Source of the DNA: Planctomycetota bacterium
GTDB lineage: Bacteria > Planctomycetota > PLA2 > JAEUHO01
DNA: 60,896 nucleotides
Reading direction: 5' to 3'
NCBI GenBank assembly: GCA_050248855.1
Contig: JBFWRP010000014.1
Coordinates: 1-60,896 of the forward strand
Shown: positions 48,839-56,198 of the stretch, one piece after another
Numbering within the stretch: position 1 is the stretch's first letter
Layout of the letters: the number at the start of each line of letters is the position of its first letter
Notes under the pieces: generated by a model
The model's database searches: none
The model's input: only the letters and a program-made list of their open reading frames with translations
What the model was told of the DNA's origin: nothing
Made by a program: the position numbers and the translations under genes

Positions 48839-51718
48839 ATGCCCTCCGGCGCCGAGCGCGAACCGCGGCCCACACCCGAGCTCCAAGCGGGAGACATCCT
48901 CGGCGGCCACTACCTTGTCGAATCGTTGCTGGGCCGGGGTTCCTCGGGCGCGGTCTACCGGGCGCGGCACACGCTGGTCGGCGAGGCGGTCGCCGTCAAG
49001 GTGCTCCACGGCGCCATCGCCGCTGACGCGGAACGGCGCGCGCGCTTCTTGCGCGAAGCCCAGCACCTGACGTCCGTCGTTCACCGCCACGCCATCCAGC
49101 TGCGTCACGTGGGTGAGGACGCCGGCCGCCTGTTCCTGATCATGAGCCTGGCACGTGGGAAGCCCCTGGATCGCGTGCTCGCCGACGAAGGGCCCCTCCC
49201 GGCAACGCGCGCAGCCACGCTCTTGCTCCAGGTCTTGGACGCGCTGGAGGAAGCGCACGCGGTCGGGGTGGTCCACTGCGACATCAAACCGGGGAACCTG
49301 ATCGTCGACACCCGCCCTGGCCCGGACGGCGCGCCCGAGGACGACGTGCGCGTCGTGGACTTCGGTCTTTCGCGCGTGCTGCCCGTGGAAGCGCAGGGCG
49401 AGCACCGCCTTGCCGTGGCGGGAACGCCCGCCTACATGGCCCCCGAGCAGCTGCGCGGTGCGGACGTGGACGCCCGGGCGGATGTGTTTGCAGCCGGCGC
49501 GGTGCTGTTCGAGATGCTGACGGGGCGCCCAGCCTTCGAGGGACCCGACGCCTTGACCGTTGCGCGACGCATTCTCGACGGCGCCCGGCCCGCATGGGGC
49601 GCTGCCGACGACCCGGCCGTCCCGCAGGCGCTGCGCGATGTGGTCGAAGAGGCCTTGGCCGTGTCCCCAGACGACCGCTACCAGTCGACGGGTCAGATGT
49701 CCGAGGCCGTTCGCTGGGCAATGTCAGGCCTGGACACGACGGCGGGATTCCGGCTGCGGGAGGCCGTCGCGACGCCGCGTCCTCACCGCAGGCGCCCGCT
49801 CCTGCTTGCTGCCGCCTCGACCGCACTGCTCCTCGCGGTTGGCGGCGTCTCGTGGATGACGCGCGGGGCCACGGGCACCGGCTCCGTGGGTTTGCCCGCT
49901 TGGCTCCAGTCCCTCGTGGCAGGTGAAGGAGACGTATCCCTTCGCGAGCTCGACGCAGCCCTTCTCCAAGCACCCCGTGACGCCGAGCTGTTGCTCACGC
50001 GCGCCCAGATCCGGACGGCGCGAGGAGAGGCATCTGCGCTCGACGACTTGGATGTCTTGACCTCCCTCGTCCCCGGCGACACGCGCATCGACTGTGCGCG
50101 CGCCGTTTGGCTGGCTCGAGTGCGCGGCGACGTGCAAGCCGCGCGGGACGTCCTGGGGCGCGCCCTGCTGACGCACCGCGACGACGTGGGCTTGCGCTAC
50201 GCTCGCGCACGATTGGCCTGGGCGGCACTGGACACGACTGCCGCGGAGCGCGACGTCCAGCGCATGCAGGCGACGGCCCCGCACGATGTGCGCACGCTGA
50301 TCGCGAGCGCGCTTGTCTTGGCGGCTCGGGCCATGGACAAGGCTTCCCACGGGGACGAGGCGGCCCTGCACGAGGCCATCGCGGCGGCGACACGGGCCGT
50401 GGAGTCCGACCCCCTCCACGCCGACGCCCACGCGGCTTTGGCCACGTCCCTGCACACCATGGGACGCAGCCTGCGAGTGCGGGGCGCATTCGCCGAGGCC
50501 CGCACCTACCTGGATGCGGCCGTGCGAACCGCGGAGCAGGCGACGCGCGTGGCCCGCGAGGCACCCGATCACGTCGGGCAGGGCTATCGACTCGCGGAGC
50601 ACTTCGACCAGCTCGCAGGAGCTCACTTCGCTGCCGAGCGACCGCACGATGCCCTGGCAGCCCTGGATGTCGCAGTCGCCTACGCCCCGCGCGACGTAAT
50701 CGTACGTGGGCGGCGCGCGTTCGCGCTTCAGCAGCTCGGTCAGGACGAGCGCGCGATAGAGGAGTTCGATCTTCTGTACGACGTCACGGAAGCGCGCGAG
50801 CCCCTCTTCCGCTTGGCGTTCGGCCACCAGCAGGTGGGATGGAAGCGCGCCCTGTCAGGGGATCTGGCGGGAGCACGGGTTGAGCTGGAGCGCGCCCTCC
50901 AGCTGTACTCGCACGGCCTGGACCAGTTCCCGGGGGCTGTCGAGCTGCTCACGTACCGCGGCGAGGCCAGTGTGCTGCGGGGACTCCTCGACCTCGATGC
51001 CACCGAACGGGCTGTCTGGCTCGCTCGAGGCCGCAGCGACCTGGACGCCGTCCTGGCGAAGCATCCCGAGGAGCGGGAGGCCCGCCTGCGGCGAGCCGAG
51101 TGCGCGCTGGCAGAAGGCGATGCCGAGCGGGCCTGGGCGGAGTCCAAGCGGGCGCTCGAGGATCGCCGAGACTCCCCCGCACGGTACGCCGTGACCACGG
51201 CACGCGCGGCCTTGGCCCTGGCCGACGTTCGCGCAGCGGGAGCCGCCGAGGCCCTACGCGAGGCAAGGGCGTGTCTACAGTGGGCCGCAGAGGGTCGGCC
51301 GGACTCAACGGCTGCGATTCTGGCGATTGACGCGTGCATCTGCATGTCGGCGGCCACCTACGCGGATCCCGCATCCGCCGAAGCGCACCTACGAGAGGCC
51401 GACGCCTGCGTGGAAGCGCGCCAGACCCACGCGGTCGAGGCGACGCCGGACGGCCGAGCTGCGCGTGACACCCTGGTCGATGCGGCGCTACGCGCAGCGC
51501 TTGCGGTGGCGCGGGGCAATCACGCCGCAGCGCGGGTTCTCCTGCGACAGGCCGTCGACGGCCGGACCGCGGAGTGCGCCGCGGGGCGCTGGTTCATGTC
51601 GCCTGCTTGGATTCGCGCTCTGGGACGCCTCGAGGGCGACCGAACCAGATCCGAACAGGCCGATCAGCATCCCGAGCTCGAGCCCTTCACCTGGGGGGTT
51701 CTCCTGCCTCGCCCCTGA
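48839..51718 (+). CDS. Hanks-type Ser/Thr protein kinase with TM helix and TPR-like C-terminal region
   Basis: GRGSSGAV, VAVK, HCDIKPGN, DFG, GTPAYMAPE, DVFAAG; hydrophobic segment followed by helical repeats. Confidence 0.93.
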   Translation: MPSGAEREPRPTPELQAGDILGGHYLVESLLGRGSSGAVYRARHTLVGEAVAVKVLHGAIAADAERRARFLREAQHLTSVVHRHAIQLRHVGEDAGRLFLIMSLARGKPLDRVLADEGPLPATRAATLLLQVLDALEEAHAVGVVHCDIKPGNLIVDTRPGPDGAPEDDVRVVDFGLSRVLPVEAQGEHRLAVAGTPAYMAPEQLRGADVDARADVFAAGAVLFEMLTGRPAFEGPDALTVARRILDGARPAWGAADDPAVPQALRDVVEEALAVSPDDRYQSTGQMSEAVRWAMSGLDTTAGFRLREAVATPRPHRRRPLLLAAASTALLLAVGGVSWMTRGATGTGSVGLPAWLQSLVAGEGDVSLRELDAALLQAPRDAELLLTRAQIRTARGEASALDDLDVLTSLVPGDTRIDCARAVWLARVRGDVQAARDVLGRALLTHRDDVGLRYARARLAWAALDTTAAERDVQRMQATAPHDVRTLIASALVLAARAMDKASHGDEAALHEAIAAATRAVESDPLHADAHAALATSLHTMGRSLRVRGAFAEARTYLDAAVRTAEQATRVAREAPDHVGQGYRLAEHFDQLAGAHFAAERPHDALAALDVAVAYAPRDVIVRGRRAFALQQLGQDERAIEEFDLLYDVTEAREPLFRLAFGHQQVGWKRALSGDLAGARVELERALQLYSHGLDQFPGAVELLTYRGEASVLRGLLDLDATERAVWLARGRSDLDAVLAKHPEEREARLRRAECALAEGDAERAWAESKRALEDRRDSPARYAVTTARAALALADVRAAGAAEALREARACLQWAAEGRPDSTAAILAIDACICMSAATYADPASAEAHLREADACVEARQTHAVEATPDGRAARDTLVDAALRAALAVARGNHAAARVLLRQAVDGRTAECAAGRWFMSPAWIRALGRLEGDRTRSEQADQHPELEPFTWGVLLPRP

Positions 51719-51727
51719 CGGCTCACT

Positions 51728-52327
51728 TCACCCGAGGGCGCTGCCCCCGAGCCGCTCGCCGATGCGGGCGGCCAATCGTGCGCACGCGCGCTGGTGCAGC
51801 TTCCGCGCAGCCTCGTCGCTGGGGCGGCCCAGGCGCTCCGCCACGGCAGCGAAGGGAAGCCCTTCGAAGTCGCGCAACAGGATCACTTCGCGCTCGGCAG
51901 GTGCGAGGCCATCCATGGCGACCTTGAGTCGATGGAGATCCTCGGCGTGCGCCGCCGCATCCTCGGCCGTCAAGGTGGCGTCGTGCGTCAGCCCGGCTTC
52001 GGGGATCGAGTCGAATCGCTCGCGGCGCGGTCCGTGCTCGCGCCGACCCAGGTGCGAAATCCGATGGCGTGTCACGGTGTCCAGCCATGCGATGAACCGC
52101 CCTTCACTCGCGAACGGCGTACCCGGCACTGCGCCCAATGCAATGCGGAAGACCGATTGCACCACGTCCATGGAGTCTGCTTGGCGACGCAGCGAAGCCG
52201 TCATCCACCGCCGCGCAATACGGCGCAGAAGGGGCTCGTAGCGCCGATAGAACTCGTCCCACGCATCGGCTTCGTCGCGACGCAAGTGCTCCAAGAGCTC
52301 TGGGAAGGGCATCAAGGCATACGTCAC
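51728..52327 (-). CDS. ECF RNA polymerase sigma factor
   Basis: Sigma2 AWDEFYRRYEPLL...DVVQSVF...FIAWL; sigma4 LAPAEREVILLRDFEGLPFAAVAERLG. Confidence 0.92.
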   Translation of the reverse strand: MTYALMPFPELLEHLRRDEADAWDEFYRRYEPLLRRIARRWMTASLRRQADSMDVVQSVFRIALGAVPGTPFASEGRFIAWLDTVTRHRISHLGRREHGPRRERFDSIPEAGLTHDATLTAEDAAAHAEDLHRLKVAMDGLAPAEREVILLRDFEGLPFAAVAERLGRPSDEAARKLHQRACARLAARIGERLGGSALG

Positions 52328-52355
52328 GGGGCCTCGCGGTTCGCGCTCTCGCGCC

Positions 52356-52985
52356 TCAGGGCAGCTCCTCGACGATCAGGAACCACGTCGTGCCGGGGAA
52401 GCCGGTGTAGGCGTCCGTCGCCGGATTGACGCTGCCGAGCAGTGCGACACTGATCGTGAGCTGATGCGATCCGGCAGCAACGCCGTCGGCCATACCGACC
52501 ACCGTGGTCGGCGTGTGGCGCAGGATCAGCGACGACGCGTTGACGTAGACATCCGCCACCAGGCGGTTGGGGCTGGCCACGGGGGACCCATCGAGCAGGA
52601 CCTCCCATCGACTGCCAACCGCACCGCTCCCGTAGACACGCAGGTTGTCGGACCACGTGATCCGGAGCCGGCTCGTGGCGGACGCCTTGGTGAACGACAA
52701 GGTGCGGCTCGTGATGATCCCACTGTCGGTGCCGTCCTCGGCCGTTCCCGACACGAAGGTCACGCGAGGTGCGGCAGCTTCGAGGACCTCCAGACGCGTT
52801 CCGAGCGCATCGATCGCTGCGCCCAGGGCCGCAAAATTCGCATTGACTTCGGCCGCCACGGCGGGTGTGCCCGCGGTGAACGTGTAAGGCACGGTCACCG
52901 GGTCACTACGCGCGAGCCCAATGCCGAGCGTGACAAGGGCCAGCGCAAACACACCGGCACCCACGACCCACTTTGATGAACCCAC
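52356..52985 (-). CDS. Secreted protein: FTAGTPAVAAEVNANF motif, short coiled coil, C-terminal CTHRC1-like beta domain
   Basis: GGAGG before GTG 52985; signal peptide; heptad segment FAALGAAIDALGTRLEVLE; the C-terminal domain call is by-eye similarity only. Confidence 0.7.
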   Translation of the reverse strand: MGSSKWVVGAGVFALALVTLGIGLARSDPVTVPYTFTAGTPAVAAEVNANFAALGAAIDALGTRLEVLEAAAPRVTFVSGTAEDGTDSGIITSRTLSFTKASATSRLRITWSDNLRVYGSGAVGSRWEVLLDGSPVASPNRLVADVYVNASSLILRHTPTTVVGMADGVAAGSHQLTISVALLGSVNPATDAYTGFPGTTWFLIVEELP

Positions 52986-53001
52986 TTCGCGACCTCCTGC
53001 G

Positions 53002-53166
53002 TCAACGCCACGTACCTTCACCCCACTCGAGCTCGTCCCATTGGCTCGAGGGCGGATCGGGAGGCGCCGGGGGGGGAGACCCGCCCCCGCCGCACGCGGA
53101 CAAGGCGACGCCAAGAGCCAGGGCTCCCAGCACGCTGCGCACGGCAATCCGCCACTTCGCGCTCAT
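53002..53166 (-). CDS. 54-aa lipoprotein with Pro-rich linker and W-x4-W-x4-W tail
   Basis: MSAKWRIAVRSVLGALALGVALSA-CGGGGSPPPAPPDPPSSQWDELEWGEGTWR; lipobox LSAC; GAGG before ATG; last 54 aa of ORF 53002..54162. Confidence 0.75.
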   Translation of the reverse strand: MSAKWRIAVRSVLGALALGVALSACGGGGSPPPAPPDPPSSQWDELEWGEGTWR

Positions 53167-53366
53167 GGCGAGCCTCGCTGGGCGACAGCAGCCTCCGGAC
53201 GTCGGAGGGCAGCGACGCACCCGGTGAAGTAAGCCACGGAACCGCCGGAGCGGACAGGGGGGGTCCGCGGAAACCGTCGCCCCCCAGCCGCCACGCCCGC
53301 CCATCCGACCTGCCGGGGCTACTGCGCGAAGTAGACGCGACCCGGGATCCCGCCCACCGTCGGCGC

Positions 53367-53774
53367 GTGCCGGATGTCCCTCCGCCCCCGCCGTCGGGCC
53401 TGCGTCGCGTCGTCCTCGTGGTGACGGGCGTCGGCGCGCTGGCGTTGGGGATCCTGGGGGTCGCGCTGCCGCTCCTCCCCGCCACGCCCTTCGTCCTGCT
53501 GGCGGCGGCGTGCTTCGCGGGCGCATGGCCGACCATGCACGCGCGCCTGGCCCGGAGTCGTGTCTTCGGGCCGATGCTGCGCGCGGGCCCAGGGGAGCGC
53601 TACCTGCCGCGCGCCACGAAGATCGGCGTCCTGGTGTTCGCGTGGCTGTCGATCGGCGCCACGGCCGTCTTCGTGGCCGACGCCCCGTGGTTGCGGGCGC
53701 TGCTCGGGATCCTGGTCCTGATCTTGACTCTCGTGTTGGGTCGGATGCCCACGCAACCGCCGGGCCCGCGGTGA
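53367..53774 (+). CDS. YbaN/DUF454 family membrane protein
   Basis: LGILGVALPLLPATPFVLLAAACF and FGP motifs. Confidence 0.9.
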   Translation: MPDVPPPPPSGLRRVVLVVTGVGALALGILGVALPLLPATPFVLLAAACFAGAWPTMHARLARSRVFGPMLRAGPGERYLPRATKIGVLVFAWLSIGATAVFVADAPWLRALLGILVLILTLVLGRMPTQPPGPR

Positions 53775-53820
53775 CGGGCCGCGCGGTGCGCGTAGCATGC
53801 GCGTCGGAGGTTTCCGCACC

Positions 53821-54327
53821 GTGATCGACGACCGCATCGCCAAGGAGTTCAACGACCACATCCGGTTCGAGATGGCCTCGAGCCACCTCTACCTCTCCAT
53901 GGCCGCGTGGTGCGAGTCGCACGGGTTGCCCGGCTTCTCGAACTGGATGCGCCGCCAGGCGGAGGAGGAGCACCAGCACGCGCTGAAGTTCTTCGACTTC
54001 CTGCTCACGCGAGGCGGTCGGGTGCTCCTGTCGGACATCCCGGCGCCCGACCACGCGTGGGACTCGCCCCTGGCCGTCTTCGAGGCTGCCCAGATCCACG
54101 AAGCAGAGGTGAGCCAGCGCATCAACACGCTGGTCGACACCGTCATGTCGGTGCGCGACCACGCGGCCAATGCCTTCCTGCAGTGGTTCGTCAACGAGCA
54201 GGTCGAGGAGGAGGCCAGCGTCGGCGACGTCGTCAACCGCCTACGACTCGTCGGCAGCGAAGGCCGCGGCATCCTGCTCGTGGACCAGGAGCTGCAGCAA
54301 CGCGAGGCCACGCGAACGCCGGCGTGA
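53821..54327 (+). CDS. Non-haem ferritin (FtnA-type)
   Basis: YLSMAAW, EEEHQH, HE..VS..I, FLQWFVNEQVEEE ferroxidase motifs; GGAGG before GTG. Confidence 0.95.
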   Translation: MIDDRIAKEFNDHIRFEMASSHLYLSMAAWCESHGLPGFSNWMRRQAEEEHQHALKFFDFLLTRGGRVLLSDIPAPDHAWDSPLAVFEAAQIHEAEVSQRINTLVDTVMSVRDHAANAFLQWFVNEQVEEEASVGDVVNRLRLVGSEGRGILLVDQELQQREATRTPA

Positions 54328-54331
54328 GCCC

Positions 54332-56176
54332 ATGAGCACGGGGCCCTCCCCCGGCGGCGGCTGGCACGGGCGACGTCGTCTCGTCGACCTGGCCACCGGT
54401 GCGGCACGGGACGAGCCGATCGACGTCGAAACCCTGCGGGCCTACATCGGCGGCGTCGGCTTGGGGACGCGCCTCCTGCTCGAGCACGCGCCACCGGGCG
54501 TGGACCCCCTCGCCCCCGAAGCGCCCGTCATCGTCGCGCTCTCCCCCCTCGTCGGCACGCCGCTCACGACGAGCGCCAAGCTCGCCGTCGTGGCGAAGTC
54601 CCCGCTCACGAGGGGCATCACCGATGCGCTGGCCAGCGATCGCTTTGCCATCGAGCTGAAGCACGCGGGGCTGGACGCGCTCGTCGTGCAGGGCGCCGCA
54701 CCCCGCTGGAGCGTCCTGGTCGTCGACGGGGCGGCCACGCGGCTCGACGACGCCGACGACCTGGTGGGCCTCTCGGCCCTCGAGGCCGAGCGGCGGCTGC
54801 GGGAGCGCCACGGCGAGGCCTTTCGCTTCTTCGGCATCGGCGTCGCCGGCGAGCACCTCGTTCCCTACGCAACGATCTCGGGGGACGGCCGCCACGCCGG
54901 ACGCGGCGGCCTCGGTGCCGTGTTCGGGTCCAAGCGCCTCAAGGGCATCCTCGCGCGCGGCAGCGAGCCCACGCCCCTCTTCGACCGCGAGCGCGTGCTC
55001 GCACTGGCCAAGGACCTCTCGCGCCGGTCGCTGGGCGAGGCCACGGCCAAGTACCGCACGCTCGGCACGGTCGCCAACGTCGCCCTCCTCGACCGTCTCG
55101 GCGCCCTGCCCACGCGCAACTTCCGCGAGGGTTCCTTCGAGCACGCCGCCGCCGTGAGCGGCGAGGCGTTCCACGCCGAGCCGGCGCCCAAGGTGCGCAA
55201 GCACTGCGCCGCGTGCACGATCGGCTGCGAGCACCTGTTCGCCGACAAGCAGGGGCGGCCCGTGCGTCTCGAGTACGAGGGCATCTTCGCGCTGGGGCCG
55301 CTGTGCGGCATCGCCGACCGCGACGTGATCCTGGCGGCGGCCGCCGCCTGCGACGACCTCGGGCTCGACGTGATCTCCGCCGGCGGCACGATCGCCTTCG
55401 CCATGGAGTGCCGCGAGCACGGGCTCCTCCCCGAAGCGCCCGAGTTCGGCGACGGCGCGGGGCTGCTCGACCTCCTGCCGCGCATCGCCCGCCGGGCCGA
55501 TCCGTTGGGCGACTTGCTCGCCGCCGGCTCGCGCGAGGCTGCGCGCCGGCTCGGCCCGGCCGCCGCGCGCTTCGCCTGCCACGTGAAGGGCCTGGAGCTG
55601 CCGGGGTACGAGCCGCGGGCGCTGCAGGCCATGGCCTTGGGACTCGCGGTGGGTGCACGCGGCGCCGACCACAATCGCTCGGGCGCCTACGAGGTGGACC
55701 TGTCGGCGACCTCCGACCGGCTCACGGCCGACGCGGGCAAGGCGCGCGCCGCCGCGCGCACCGAAGACAAGGCGGCGCTGCTCGACAGCCTGATCGTGTG
55801 CAAGTTCTTGCGGGCGGCCTTCACGAACCTGGAGAGCGAGGCCGCCGCGATGCTGCAGGCCGTCACGGGCGAGCCCTTCACGCCCGACGAGCTGGCCTTG
55901 GCCGCCGCGCGCATCGTGACCGCCAAGCGGGTCTTCAACCTGCGCGAGGGGCTGACGGGCGCCGACGACACGCTGCCCGACCGTTTCCTGGAGGAGCCGC
56001 TCGGAGGCGGCAGCGTCGCGGGGGCCCGGCTGACGCGCGAGGGCTTGGCCGAGATGGTCGCCGCGTACTACGCCGCGCGCGGCTGGGACGAGGCAGGCCG
56101 CGTCCCCCTCGCGCGCGCACGGGCCCTTGGGCTGTCCGACCTACCCCAACATCCGTATCCTTGGGCCTCCGCCTGA
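54332..56176 (+). CDS. Aldehyde:ferredoxin oxidoreductase (AOR/WOR family)
   Basis: KSPLT, GRGGLGAVFGSKRLKGI, CAACTIGC, EYE, DDLGLD, VKGLELPGYEPR, DSLIVCKF, DDTLPDRF. Confidence 0.95.
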   Translation: MSTGPSPGGGWHGRRRLVDLATGAARDEPIDVETLRAYIGGVGLGTRLLLEHAPPGVDPLAPEAPVIVALSPLVGTPLTTSAKLAVVAKSPLTRGITDALASDRFAIELKHAGLDALVVQGAAPRWSVLVVDGAATRLDDADDLVGLSALEAERRLRERHGEAFRFFGIGVAGEHLVPYATISGDGRHAGRGGLGAVFGSKRLKGILARGSEPTPLFDRERVLALAKDLSRRSLGEATAKYRTLGTVANVALLDRLGALPTRNFREGSFEHAAAVSGEAFHAEPAPKVRKHCAACTIGCEHLFADKQGRPVRLEYEGIFALGPLCGIADRDVILAAAAACDDLGLDVISAGGTIAFAMECREHGLLPEAPEFGDGAGLLDLLPRIARRADPLGDLLAAGSREAARRLGPAAARFACHVKGLELPGYEPRALQAMALGLAVGARGADHNRSGAYEVDLSATSDRLTADAGKARAAARTEDKAALLDSLIVCKFLRAAFTNLESEAAAMLQAVTGEPFTPDELALAAARIVTAKRVFNLREGLTGADDTLPDRFLEEPLGGGSVAGARLTREGLAEMVAAYYAARGWDEAGRVPLARARALGLSDLPQHPYPWASA

Positions 56177-56198
56177 GCTCACCCCCTTCGGAGCCCCG

